A stretch of 64,000 nt of DNA from an uncultured delta proteobacterium (GTDB lineage Bacteria > Myxococcota_A > Polyangia > Fen-1088): positions 1-64,000 of the forward strand of contig CAVWIP010000013.1 in assembly GCA_963755125.1 (NCBI GenBank), given 5' to 3'. A program made the position numbers and the translations under genes. Shown here one piece after another: positions 43,096 through 54,470 of this stretch. The notes below the pieces were generated by a model that saw only the letters and a list, made by a program, of their open reading frames with translations, was not told the origin of the DNA and did not search any database. How positions within the stretch are numbered: position 1 is the first letter of the stretch; each line of letters begins with the position of its first letter.

Positions 43096-43099
<4 letters not shown>
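42320..43099 (-). CDS. trpC: Indole-3-glycerol phosphate synthase
   Basis: ATG 43099 (MILDEIL); IAEFKRRSPSKG, LRKDFIID, GVNHRDL, VAESGI. Confidence 0.95.
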
Positions 43100-44144
<1,045 letters not shown>

Positions 44145-44148
<4 letters not shown>

Positions 44149-44720
44149 GCCGGCCTCGCCAGGCGCAGGAAGTTGCGCAGGATATCCTTGCCCACCTTGG
44201 TCAGGAACGACTCGGGGTGAAACTGCACGCCTTCCACCGCCAGGCTCTTGTGGCGCAAGCCCATGATCTCTTCGTCCCAGGTCTTGGCCGTGATCTCTAG
44301 GCAGTCAGGCAAGCTCGAGCGTTCGACGACCAACGAATGGTAGCGGGTGGCCTCGAAGGGGTTGGGCAGGCCGGCGAAGATCCCCTTGTCGTCATGAAAC
44401 ACGCGCGAGGTCTTGCCGTGCACGACTTCCTTGGCACGGATGACCTTGCCGCCGAATGCCTGGCCGATGGCCTGATGGCCCAAGCACACGCCCAGGATGG
44501 GAATCTTTCCCGCCAGGCGGCTGATCACTTCGAGCGAGATGCCAGCTTCATTCGGGGTACAAGGCCCAGGAGAAATAACTATAGCTTCTGGGTAGATACG
44601 CTCGACATCATCAACTGAAACTTCATTGTTGCGCACGACCCGGACCTGCTGCCCAAGCTCACCCAGGTACTGCACCAGATTGTAGGTAAAGGAGTCGTAA
44701 TTATCGATCACCAGCAACAT
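44145..44720 (-). CDS. trpG: Anthranilate synthase component II (glutamine amidotransferase)
   Basis: [33 protein letters not shown]. Confidence 0.95.
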
Positions 44721-44722
44721 CG

Positions 44723-46243
44723 CTAGCGCTCCCCGTTGGCTGCCGACTGCCGAGCCAGCTCGATGGCGCCGAGCACCGCACGCGCCTTATTCACGCACTC
44801 CTCATGCTCGGCCTCGGGCTGGCTGGCGGCCACGATGCCCGCCCCGGCCTGCACGTGCATGGTGTCGCCCCTGGTGACCAGGGTGCGAATGGCGATCGCC
44901 AGGTCCATGTTGCCCGTGTACGAAAGGTAGCCAACCGCACCGCCGTAGACCCCACGCCGGGACGGCTCCAGCTCGTCGATGATCTCCATGGCCCGAATCT
45001 TGGGCGCGCCCGAGAGCGTGCCGGCGGGGAACGCCGCGCGCACCACGTCCTTGGCGGAAAGACCGTCCACTAGGGTGCCGCTCACGTTGGAAACCAGGTG
45101 CATGACGTGCGAGTAGCGTTCCACGACCATGATGTCGTCCAGCCGCACGCTGCCGGGCGCAGCCACCCGACCCACGTCGTTGCGGCCCAGGTCGATCAAC
45201 ATCACGTGTTCGGCCAGCTCCTTGGGATCCGCACGCAGTTCCTTTTCCAGGGTCTCGTCCTCCTCGACGCTGCGGCCGCGACGGCGTGTGCCCGCCAGCG
45301 GTCGGACATCCACCCGTCGGCCGTCCAGACGCACCAGCACCTCGGGCGAGGCGCCGGTCACGACAGCCTCGGGGAATTCCAGGTGAAACATGTACGGCGA
45401 TGGGTTGGTGACACGCATGATGCGGTACACGTCGAACGGGTCGACCCCGCCGCGGGCCACGTCGAAGCGCTGCGAAAGCACCACCTGAAACGCATCGCCT
45501 GCCTTGATGTATTCCTGGATGCGACGGACAGCAGCCTGATAGTCCGCCTGGCTGGTACGCGTCACGGGCTGCAAGCCCGACGGGGCCGCAGCCCCGACAT
45601 CGAGCGGTGGCAAGGCGCGCGCGGGCCTGGCCAGACGGTCGTAGATCTCCTCCACCTTGCGGCAGGCCTCGTCGTAGGCGCGGTTGGGATCGACGCCCGC
45701 CACGTCCACCGAAGCCACTGCCTTGATGGTGCCGCGCAGGTTGTCGAAAACCACCACGGTGTCGGTCAGCGCGAAGCACATCTCGGGCAGGCCCAGCTCG
45801 TCGGGCGCGTGCGCGGGCAGGCGCTCGAAGCGCCGGACGGCATCGTAGCCCAGCCAGCCCACCGCCCCGCCGAAAAAACGCGGCAGCCCGGGCGGGACCG
45901 CGGGCGGGAAGCTGGCCAGGGTGCGGCTGACGTAGTCGAGAGGGTTGGCCTCGCTGACACGTTCTTCCACGACAAAGCCATCGCCGTCGGGGCGCAGGCG
46001 TTCGACCTGGGTGCCCCGCGCGCGAATCACGGCGCGCGGCCGCACGCCGGCGAAGCTGTAGGCTGCCCACTTCTCGCCGCCCACCACGCTCTCGAGCAGG
46101 AACGAGTACGGTCCTCGGCCCAGCTTGGCAAAGACCGAAACCGGCGTGTCCGTGTCGGCCAGCCACTCACGATACACGAAGCACAGGCGCCCCTGCCGGG
46201 CGAGAGCGAGAAAGCGGGTGCGGTCGGGAACAAAGGCGGCCAT
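44723..46243 (-). CDS. trpE: Anthranilate synthase component I
   Basis: [43 protein letters not shown]. Confidence 0.96.
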   Translation of the reverse strand: MAAFVPDRTRFLALARQGRLCFVYREWLADTDTPVSVFAKLGRGPYSFLLESVVGGEKWAAYSFAGVRPRAVIRARGTQVERLRPDGDGFVVEERVSEANPLDYVSRTLASFPPAVPPGLPRFFGGAVGWLGYDAVRRFERLPAHAPDELGLPEMCFALTDTVVVFDNLRGTIKAVASVDVAGVDPNRAYDEACRKVEEIYDRLARPARALPPLDVGAAAPSGLQPVTRTSQADYQAAVRRIQEYIKAGDAFQVVLSQRFDVARGGVDPFDVYRIMRVTNPSPYMFHLEFPEAVVTGASPEVLVRLDGRRVDVRPLAGTRRRGRSVEEDETLEKELRADPKELAEHVMLIDLGRNDVGRVAAPGSVRLDDIMVVERYSHVMHLVSNVSGTLVDGLSAKDVVRAAFPAGTLSGAPKIRAMEIIDELEPSRRGVYGGAVGYLSYTGNMDLAIAIRTLVTRGDTMHVQAGAGIVAASQPEAEHEECVNKARAVLGAIELARQSAANGER

Positions 46244-46267
46244 GGGTTGGCTGGTCGAAGATTAGCA

Positions 46268-49200
46268 CTACTTGCCAGATCCCGTCGGCAACTCGACGCG
46301 GATCTCGCCCTGTTCCAGGGGATCCACCTGCCGCAGGTTGGCGGCCATCTCGTCGTAGTCAGCGGGAAGAATGCGCGAGAACGGAAGTTGCCAGCGCCGT
46401 CGCAGCAGCAGGCGTACGGTGCCGCGCGGGTCGGCCGAAAGCGCCTCGGCCTGAACCTGACGTTCCTCCGAGAAGCGCGCGTCGCCGGCGGCGATGCTGC
46501 CGCTCGGTCCCAGTTCGATCACCTGGGCACCCGCCGGCAGCTCGATCTCGGCCTCCAGCAAGAGCGGCACGTCGTAGCCGAGTTGCAACGGCGTCCGCCG
46601 CTGCGCCTCGGTGAAATAGCGCCGGCCTGGCTGCGACAGGAAGAAGCTGGGACGCAGCCAGAGAACATTGCCCGTGCGTGTGGCCATGCGCGGGTCGTTC
46701 AGGGTGTAGCGGACAGTTCTGCTTCCCGCCGGACCCTCCCGCACTGAAAGCTCGTCCAACACTGCGCCGGGAAACTGCTGGCTCAGCCAACGCTGCTCGA
46801 ATTCCTGGCGCAGCTTGGTGCGATCCCGACCCGCCCGCTCCAACGCCTCGCTCCACTCCAGCGAGGGCCAGCCACTGAGATCTTCCGTCACGGTCGTGGT
46901 CGCGCTGCCGTCCGCCGCCAGCCGCATCTTCATGACCACGTGGCGTCCGTCCGGCACCGCGCCGCGGGCGATGGTGAGCGCGTCGTCACCCAGCGCGAAG
47001 CCAGGGGCACCAGCCAAGCCCGGCGGCAGATAGCCGAACGGGGCATGCCGCGTGCGCGGATCGAAGAATCGCGCCGCCCCGTCGGGCCCGGGCAGGCGCA
47101 CCAGCGCCTCGCTGAAGTCATCCAATTCCTGCGACACCACCGGGGCCCCCGCTGGCGCGCGGGTCAGCGGCCGCAGCAGCATCAGTTCAGCCTTCAGCCC
47201 CAGCGCTCGCGCCAGCGCCAGCACCACGGCCGCGCGGTTGCCCTGTCCCCGATCCAGCGCCACCGTCGCCGGTTCGAACAGACTGTCCTCGGGCTCGATG
47301 TGCTGGTTCACCCAGCGGTTGATGGCCTCGGACATCGTCGTCCGCGCGGCAACCGCCTCGGCCCCGATCAGCGCAGCCACCCGTCGCACATCAGGTGAGA
47401 CGCGCGCCACGCTGTACAAACGGTCGGCCAAGAAGCGCGACCAGCGCGCCTGATCGACGCCGCTCGACACGCGCACCGAGGGGATCCAGTCCTCCACAAC
47501 AAAGGACGAGCGCTCGGCAAAGAGCTGCGGCATCTGCCGCGCGACGAAGCACAGCAGCCGGGTGCCGTCGGGACCAGACTGCAGCGTGGGTTCTGGCGCC
47601 CTGGCCCGTCGATCCTGGTCCACCGGCATCCCGTCCGGCACGATCAGCAGATACTCGCTGCGATCCAGCGGCGCCTCGAACGACTGGAAGTAGAAGCGCT
47701 CGCCCAGAAAGCCTGGCGCGAACGCCTCAGCCGGCTGCTTGAATTCCAGGGTCTCCCACTCGACGAAGTCGCCCACCGCCACATCGGGGGCCGAAACCGT
47801 GGACTTGCCCACGATTTCCTGGGCTTCGCGGATGGTGCCGTCCGCCTTGCGCGTGCGCAAGGCCAGCACCTCGGCCCCCGAGGGCAGGGAAACCTCGCCT
47901 GCCCGCTCGATGCCTTCCTTGCTCAACACCTGCGTGATGGTGTGGGTGAGGCTGGTGCGCCCTCCGTCGGGGAAGATGCGCTCGACCGCACGATCCAGCA
48001 CCACCACCGCCGGGGCTTGATAGCGATGGCCAGAGGCGAGGAAGTCCCGGATCACCTGACCGCCATCCAGCCGGAATTCGTCGAGCGGCAGGGACATCCC
48101 CGCGATACGAGCCGCCTGCCGGACGGCGCCGCTCGCGGGAAAACGCCGCAACGTCTCTGCCAGCACGGCGTGCGCCGCTTCCCCCGCACCAGCAGCCAGC
48201 AGCGCATCGGCCAGGCGCAGGCGCAGATGACTGTCATAGGGCGACCAGTCGACCAGAGCCCGCAATTCCGATGCGGCGCCGGCCGCATTACCCCGAGTCA
48301 GCGCCAGCGCTGCTAACTCGGAGCGGAGCAAGGCCGGCTCTCTGCTGCTGGGCAAGGCCCGCCGCAGGGCTGCTTCCGCTGCGGCGACATCGCCCCGCTG
48401 TCGATACCACAACACAGGCGCTTCAGACTGGGCGTCGCAGGCAAGCAGCAGGCCAGCCAAGCGCTCCTGCTCGCCGACCATGGCGCGCTCCTCGGCGCGA
48501 TGAAACCCGCTCTCCAGGGCCGAACACGCCCCCTGCCCTTTCTTTGCGTGCGCAAGAGCCGCAGCCAGGGCCTCGTCGGCGTCGCGTTCCAGCCCGCGGG
48601 CGCGCAGAGCATCGGCCAGTTGCAAGCCTGCCGCCCACCAGCCGGCGGCCACGCTCCGCGCCTGCTGGGCGTCCTCTGCGGACTCGCGCGGCCGGTCGTT
48701 GTCGAGTTCCAGTCGCGCCAGGTCCAACCAGGCCTGCGCCAGGTGCGGGTCGACGGCCACCGCACGCAAATAGAGGCCTCGCGCACGATCGCGGTTCATG
48801 TCTTCAGGTCGCGTGGAATCGGTTTCCGACAAGCGCGCCGCCCCGGACAACCCGAGCGCAAAGCGGGGACGCGTGGCAAGGGCAGCCGCATGCACCAACT
48901 CCTGATCCACATCGCCGGCTGCGTGCGCGGACAGGGCCGTCGCGAGATCGAACACGGAATCCTCCAGCGAGGAACGATCCGGCCAGGCTTCGGACTCGAC
49001 GCGCGGCCGACTGGAAACCGGTGCGAGCAGCAAGCCCACGTCGATGCGTCCGCCGTAGCTGCCCAGGCGCAGTTCCACCTGATGCCGACCCTCGCTCAGC
49101 GCCAGCGCCAGCGCTGTCCAGCGCGCGCCGAAGGACTCGGGCGAATCGCCGTGATGGTGCCAGGGGCCGCCATCCACACGCAGCAAGGCCGGTCCCGGGT

Positions 49201-49954
49201 AATCGAGCACCACCTGATAGTGACCCGCGCGAACGTCAATCTCGGAGCGCAGTACGCGCACGCCCGGCAGAGGATCCGTGCTGGGCGTGGTGAAGCGACA
49301 GCCTGAGTGCGCCAGCACCCGCTCCGGTTGTGCCGGACGCATCTGGTTGGACATGAGATCGAGATACGGCAAGCGGCCGGCCACGCCGACCAGACGCAGC
49401 TCGGTCGGGCACCCCCACCGATGCGCCTGCCTCGCCAACAAGTCCGTGTCCGCCCGTCGCCGCGCGATCTCGATGGCGAGGGACGCCAGCCCGTACTGCG
49501 CTCGCCAGGGAAGGCGCTCGGGCGACAGGGCCATGACCCTCTCTTCCGCCGCGCGACGGTCGGGCAATTCCTCGAGAAGCTGCGGCAAGCGCGCAGCCGC
49601 TGCCGAGGCGAGCAGCCCGTCAGGCGCAGCGCCGCTCGCCGCCGCTGCCTCGATCAGGTCGAGGGTATGCGCTACGGCTGCCTGGTCGTCGCCTCGCTCG
49701 TAGGCCAGGCTACTCGCGCCGAACAGGGCCAAGCTGCGCGGCTCGCGTTTCGCGCCCGCACCCAGGACGCGCCCGAATAGTGCCGCCGCTTCGTCGTTCT
49801 TCCCGTCGACCAGCGCCTGCCAGCCCCGGCCTGTATCTGTCGCGGGATCGAGTCGACGGCCACCGCCCAAGATTCCCGCGCAGCCCGAGGCGACACACAG
49901 CAAGAGCACGAGGCGGCTCCTCTTGCCCTGCCCCCGGTCAACCCGCGAACTCAT
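46268..49954 (-). CDS. TPR + DUF3857 + degenerate transglutaminase-like protein
   Basis: ATGA overlap at 49951-49954; ASGC lipobox-like; VAVGDFVEW; RGQGNRAAV lacks the catalytic Cys. Confidence 0.7.
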   Translation of the reverse strand: MSSRVDRGQGKRSRLVLLLCVASGCAGILGGGRRLDPATDTGRGWQALVDGKNDEAAALFGRVLGAGAKREPRSLALFGASSLAYERGDDQAAVAHTLDLIEAAAASGAAPDGLLASAAAARLPQLLEELPDRRAAEERVMALSPERLPWRAQYGLASLAIEIARRRADTDLLARQAHRWGCPTELRLVGVAGRLPYLDLMSNQMRPAQPERVLAHSGCRFTTPSTDPLPGVRVLRSEIDVRAGHYQVVLDYPGPALLRVDGGPWHHHGDSPESFGARWTALALALSEGRHQVELRLGSYGGRIDVGLLLAPVSSRPRVESEAWPDRSSLEDSVFDLATALSAHAAGDVDQELVHAAALATRPRFALGLSGAARLSETDSTRPEDMNRDRARGLYLRAVAVDPHLAQAWLDLARLELDNDRPRESAEDAQQARSVAAGWWAAGLQLADALRARGLERDADEALAAALAHAKKGQGACSALESGFHRAEERAMVGEQERLAGLLLACDAQSEAPVLWYRQRGDVAAAEAALRRALPSSREPALLRSELAALALTRGNAAGAASELRALVDWSPYDSHLRLRLADALLAAGAGEAAHAVLAETLRRFPASGAVRQAARIAGMSLPLDEFRLDGGQVIRDFLASGHRYQAPAVVVLDRAVERIFPDGGRTSLTHTITQVLSKEGIERAGEVSLPSGAEVLALRTRKADGTIREAQEIVGKSTVSAPDVAVGDFVEWETLEFKQPAEAFAPGFLGERFYFQSFEAPLDRSEYLLIVPDGMPVDQDRRARAPEPTLQSGPDGTRLLCFVARQMPQLFAERSSFVVEDWIPSVRVSSGVDQARWSRFLADRLYSVARVSPDVRRVAALIGAEAVAARTTMSEAINRWVNQHIEPEDSLFEPATVALDRGQGNRAAVVLALARALGLKAELMLLRPLTRAPAGAPVVSQELDDFSEALVRLPGPDGAARFFDPRTRHAPFGYLPPGLAGAPGFALGDDALTIARGAVPDGRHVVMKMRLAADGSATTTVTEDLSGWPSLEWSEALERAGRDRTKLRQEFEQRWLSQQFPGAVLDELSVREGPAGSRTVRYTLNDPRMATRTGNVLWLRPSFFLSQPGRRYFTEAQRRTPLQLGYDVPLLLEAEIELPAGAQVIELGPSGSIAAGDARFSEERQVQAEALSADPRGTVRLLLRRRWQLPFSRILPADYDEMAANLRQVDPLEQGEIRVELPTGSGK

Positions 49955-52900
49955 CGCGGGTTCTCCCCTGCGATGACGATGGGCTCGCCCAGCAGGTTGT
50001 CGACATCGCGCAGAAAGGCGCGGAACTCTCCGTACTCGCTGGCGGCGATCCGATCGCGTTCCACCCAGAGAAGCGAGCGCACCTTGAGCGCGCGTCCGTC
50101 GGGCGACACCTCCACCTGCAAATCGAAGCTGCCGAAGGCACACTTCAACGTGCGCGCGGTCGGCACGCGCGGCAGGCGGAACCCGTCGGGCAAGCGGTAC
50201 TCGATTTCCTCCTGGTGTTGCCAGGGAAACCCGAGAACCAGCGGCCAGCGCCGCGTGCCCAAGCGCGCGTAGGTTTGGGTCAGATCGGTTTCACGCGAAC
50301 TCGAAGGCAGAAGCAACTCGCCCCGCTGGTTGGGCTGGGCCAGGTGCGGGACGAAGGCCCGGGCCCGCACCACGACCGGCTGATTGGGATCCTCCACCCC
50401 GGTCATATCCACCGCCTCCAGCCGCGCGCCGGTGTGGCTGCCGTTCCACACCTTGGCGTAGCGTTCGCGCCGCTCGCCCGGCGTCTGGTAGTGCGCGCGC
50501 CACTCCTGCGCCGCCTGGCCCTTGATGGTCACCGTCTCATCGACCTGCGCGCTGCCGTCGGCGGCCAGCGTGACCTTCCAGACGCGCGCAGCACGGTTGG
50601 CCGACGCGGGCAGCACCGGGGTGCGCGCAAGCGTGGACCCTCGCGCTCCCACTCGCAGGACCATCACCCCCTGATCCTGGCTGGGCAACTCGTCGAGACC
50701 GGCAAACTCCGCCGTGCCGTCGAGATAGAGGTCGAGCCGCGGAACATAGGTAATGGCGTGGTCGAAGATGGCCAGCGACGCCGGCTGGCTGTCCACCAGG
50801 CCGGCCCGGCGCGAGCGCAGCAGGACCAGCTCGGACTCGATGCCCTGCTCGCGCAGCAGAGCCACCAGCAGCGAGGCTTTGTCCTTGCAGTCGCCAAACC
50901 GGCGCAACAACACCTGGCTGACCGGATAGGGCTTGTATCCATGGATGCCGAACTCCAGCCCCACATAGCGCGTCTTCTCGATCACGAACCGGTGCAACGC
51001 CCGCACCTTGTCCGCGTCGCCGTGCAGGCCAGCGGTGACCTGCGCCGCCACCTGCACTATGGTCGGGTCACTCTGCAACTGGTCCTTGACCAGGCTCCAG
51101 TACCAATGCCCCACCTCTTGCCAACTTTGGTAGGTGCTGATGTGCAGGTAGGGCGCGACCTCGGTCAATCCGGGCATGGACGGCTCGATGTCGACGCGGG
51201 CCACGTCGGCGGCCACCCAACGATAGACCATCTCGTTCCCCTGACGTTCCACCCCACGCTTGAGTCCTGGCAGGTGCGGCTGGTTGAAGTGGAACAAGCG
51301 CTGTGCCGGCGCGATGAGGGTGTAGTCCCAAATCCGTTTGGGCAGCACGTCGGCTATCAAGGCAAGCTCGCCGAAATAGTCAGCCATGTCGTTCTGGAAG
51401 GCGACATCCGCCACGGTGTACTGCACCTCGATGACGTCGCCGGCGCGCAGGTTCTCGAAGCTCACCACCTCGGCACGCGCGTCGTAGTACAGGCCGTACC
51501 AGGGTTCGGACAGGTCGCGATCGTCGCGCCCGCTCGCCTGGGAAACCTCGACCTCGCCCGTGGGGGTGCGACGAAAAACGCGCGCTTCACGGATCTCCAC
51601 TTCCTGCTCGCCGGGTAGGTAGCGCACCAGCACCTCCCGGTTGTCGCGGGCCGCGCGCTCGCTGCGCAGATGGACGATGCGCTGGACGAAGGCGTCCGAC
51701 AGACCGTTGGGGTGAACCCGGGTGACGTGGCGGTCGAGCAGGATCGCGGCCGGATCGCTGTCCGCGGCGGCCAGCGGCGACAGCAGCGCCGGTCGGCTCA
51801 GCGTCGCGCCGTCAGCGGCAAAACGTCGCGCAAGATCCTCGGCGCCTGTCGACCGACGAGTCCCGTCGGAGGCCGCGGCCAGCGACTCGGCGTAACGCCG
51901 CAGCGCCGGTTGCTGCGGACGCAGGCGCAGCGCTCGGCGCAGGCTTGCCGCCGCCTCCTGCGGGCGTCGCAGCCGCGCCAGCAGGCGACCCAGCTCTTCG
52001 TGCAAACGCGGCTCGTCGGGCAAGCGCAGCAGGGCCCTGCGCAACACCGCCTCGGCCTCGCTTCCCTGTCCCGCTCCCTCGATCGTACGCGCCTGCTCGA
52101 TGATCAGATAGTGCAAATCTGGCCGCCACCCCGCCGCCTCAGCGTAGAGATGGGCCGCCTGACCATAATCCCCGCGACGGCGCGCGCTCGCGGCCAGGTC
52201 GCGCAGCAGATCCGCGTTGGAACGCCGCGCGTCCCATAGCCGTCTCCGCTCGGCGTCGGCCTGGTCCACACGGCCCAGGGCCTCGATCGCACGCGCGTGT
52301 GCCTCCTGCACCGCCGAGGTGCTTCTGGCCGCGGCGGGAAGCGCGTCGAGGCGCCGCAAGGCCGCCGCGTAGAGACCCGTCTCGCCCTCCTCACCCGCCA
52401 GGGCGAGCTGGGCCGGAAGCGAGGCCGGGTCAGCCGCGGCCGCTTCCCGCCAGCGCTGCAGCGCCGCCTCTGGCCGACGTTGCCGTTGCGCCAGATCGCC
52501 AAGCTCGGCCAGCACCAGGGCCCGCTCGCCCGGCCCCGGCGCCAATTCCAGCGCTCGCTCCAGCGCCGCTCGCGCGTCGTCTTCCTCTCGCGCCACCTGG
52601 CCCAAGAAGACCAACGCCGCGAAGCGAGCCGCCGGGGATGCCGAGTCCACGCTCGCCGCCCTACCCGCCGCCAGTTCGACTGCCTTGCTCTCGCTGTCCT
52701 CGCTGCGCAGAAGATCCAGAACGCGCGCGCAGTCGAGCCAACGCAGGGATGCCTCGTCCCGCGAGGCCCGCTCCGCACGCCGGCGCAAAATCTCTTTAAG
52801 ATCTCGCACGGCTGGTGGGCGATCTGGTGGTGCAGAGGTCGCCACGCTGCCGGCAGGCGACTCGGCGTTGGCCCTCAACCCCGGCGGCGGGGCCCCCTGG

Positions 52901-53712
52901 GGATCGGTCACGCGCAAGAACATCTGCCAGATCCCGCTGGTCACGATTGTCTTCACCAGCAACACGCTCTCGCCGCTGGGAAGCCAGATCGCCGTCGCAT
53001 CCTGATCCAGCGCCGCCGGCCGCACCACGTCCCGACTCATCACCAGGCGGCCGTTGACCCAGGCCTTGACCGGTCCGGGCGAGCCAAGGCGCAACGCCGC
53101 CCAGCGCCCCCGATCGCTGTGCAGGTACGCCAGCACATACGCCGCCGCATCGTTGTCGGGACGCAAGAGCGCGCCCAGCATGACCGCTCCCTGGCGCGCC
53201 ACCTCGATCGAAGTCCGGCGCCAGCAGGCTTCGTGGGTCTTGCCCGGGTGACACTGACTTGTGCGCGGGTCAGGCAGAGCCAGCTCGGCCGGATAGATGC
53301 GATCCAGTCCGCTCCGCCCCTGGGCATCGAATGGCCCCAACACCCACAAGTCGCGCAACAACCCCAGCCCGCGCCGACGCGCCTCTGCCTGCTCGTGCTG
53401 GCCCGCGCGGTCCTCTTCCAGTGAAAGGAAATAGGACGCCTGTGCGGCCACCAGGGGATCTGCCCTGCCTTTTCCCTCGACAAAGTCGCGTAGCACGGCT
53501 GCCAGCCGGCCTGGGCTGAGCATCGCATCCATGCGCAAAAGTGCATCCAGCGAAGCTGCCGCCTCGGGTGCCGCCCTGCGGGCCAGAAGAGCCGCGCGCT
53601 CGGCCTCGAAGCGAGCCTCATACGCGTCACCCTGCCCCGCCACGAACGCCGGCCAGGCGACAAGCGGCGCCACGGCGCACGCCGCTCGCCCGACAAACGT
53701 CATCTTCATCAC
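49951..53712 (-). CDS. TPR + DUF3857 + transglutaminase-like protein
   Basis: LRAGDVIEVQY, RYVGLEFG, RFGDCKDKASLL, FDHAITY, YLDGT. Confidence 0.85.
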   Translation of the reverse strand: MMKMTFVGRAACAVAPLVAWPAFVAGQGDAYEARFEAERAALLARRAAPEAAASLDALLRMDAMLSPGRLAAVLRDFVEGKGRADPLVAAQASYFLSLEEDRAGQHEQAEARRRGLGLLRDLWVLGPFDAQGRSGLDRIYPAELALPDPRTSQCHPGKTHEACWRRTSIEVARQGAVMLGALLRPDNDAAAYVLAYLHSDRGRWAALRLGSPGPVKAWVNGRLVMSRDVVRPAALDQDATAIWLPSGESVLLVKTIVTSGIWQMFLRVTDPQGAPPPGLRANAESPAGSVATSAPPDRPPAVRDLKEILRRRAERASRDEASLRWLDCARVLDLLRSEDSESKAVELAAGRAASVDSASPAARFAALVFLGQVAREEDDARAALERALELAPGPGERALVLAELGDLAQRQRRPEAALQRWREAAAADPASLPAQLALAGEEGETGLYAAALRRLDALPAAARSTSAVQEAHARAIEALGRVDQADAERRRLWDARRSNADLLRDLAASARRRGDYGQAAHLYAEAAGWRPDLHYLIIEQARTIEGAGQGSEAEAVLRRALLRLPDEPRLHEELGRLLARLRRPQEAAASLRRALRLRPQQPALRRYAESLAAASDGTRRSTGAEDLARRFAADGATLSRPALLSPLAAADSDPAAILLDRHVTRVHPNGLSDAFVQRIVHLRSERAARDNREVLVRYLPGEQEVEIREARVFRRTPTGEVEVSQASGRDDRDLSEPWYGLYYDARAEVVSFENLRAGDVIEVQYTVADVAFQNDMADYFGELALIADVLPKRIWDYTLIAPAQRLFHFNQPHLPGLKRGVERQGNEMVYRWVAADVARVDIEPSMPGLTEVAPYLHISTYQSWQEVGHWYWSLVKDQLQSDPTIVQVAAQVTAGLHGDADKVRALHRFVIEKTRYVGLEFGIHGYKPYPVSQVLLRRFGDCKDKASLLVALLREQGIESELVLLRSRRAGLVDSQPASLAIFDHAITYVPRLDLYLDGTAEFAGLDELPSQDQGVMVLRVGARGSTLARTPVLPASANRAARVWKVTLAADGSAQVDETVTIKGQAAQEWRAHYQTPGERRERYAKVWNGSHTGARLEAVDMTGVEDPNQPVVVRARAFVPHLAQPNQRGELLLPSSSRETDLTQTYARLGTRRWPLVLGFPWQHQEEIEYRLPDGFRLPRVPTARTLKCAFGSFDLQVEVSPDGRALKVRSLLWVERDRIAASEYGEFRAFLRDVDNLLGEPIVIAGENPR

Positions 53713-53726
53713 GGCCCCGCGCGATG

Positions 53727-54371
53727 CTATGGCGCGAAGTAACGCCCGATGGCCTCGCGCAGGGCCAGGCGGGCGCGGTGCAGGCGCGTCTTGACCGCCG
53801 GAAGCGACAGCCCGAGCAGCTCGGCGGTTTCCTCGGTCGACAGTCCCTCCACGTCGCGCACCAGGAAGACCGTGCGCAGCCCATCAGGCAAGGCGTCCAC
53901 CGCCGTCTGGATGTGGCGCCGCAGCTCCTCGGACTGGAACTGTTCGTCCGGCCGCTGCGACCAGTCCTCCGACGAGGCGTGCACCGAGTGTTCTGCTGCC
54001 TGGTTCAGCACGCCCGGTTCGACGTCGTCCAGCATGACCTCGGGATGCCGGTTGCGCGCGCGCAGGAACATGAGCGCCGCGTTCACGGTCACGCGATACA
54101 TCCAGCTCCCGAACTGCGCCCTGCCCTCGAAGCCCGGCAGGTTCCGCCACGCCGACAGGAACACGTCCTGCAGGATCTCCTGTGCGTCGTTCTCATTGCG
54201 GACGAAGCGCATCGCCAGCCGATAAAGCTTGTCATCGTAGCGGCCCAGCAGCTCCTCGAAGGCCGCGACATCCTTGCCGCGCGCGCGCGCCACCAGCACC
54301 TCGTCGGTCAGGCCGGCCAGGGCAGATGGCTTTGCACCGTCGGGGCTGTGATGGGTGTCACTCTGGGGCAT
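53727..54371 (-). CDS. ECF RNA polymerase sigma-70 factor
   Basis: DAQEILQDVFL, FGSWMYRVTVN, LRTVFLVRDVEGLSTEE, VKTRLHRAR. Confidence 0.92.
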   Translation of the reverse strand: MPQSDTHHSPDGAKPSALAGLTDEVLVARARGKDVAAFEELLGRYDDKLYRLAMRFVRNENDAQEILQDVFLSAWRNLPGFEGRAQFGSWMYRVTVNAALMFLRARNRHPEVMLDDVEPGVLNQAAEHSVHASSEDWSQRPDEQFQSEELRRHIQTAVDALPDGLRTVFLVRDVEGLSTEETAELLGLSLPAVKTRLHRARLALREAIGRYFAP

Positions 54372-54470
54372 TGGGTTCCCCTCGCGGGAGGGGACAAGAA
54401 TAGGCTACTGTTGCCCGAGAGGATAGACCTTCGATCGCTTCGCGCTACACTTCGCCCTTCCCCCACCCCC

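Noticed and set aside
53541..54470. N-terminal extension of the 601-aa UbiA ORF
   Set aside because: Overlaps the ECF sigma on the opposite strand; family similarity starts at ATG 54471
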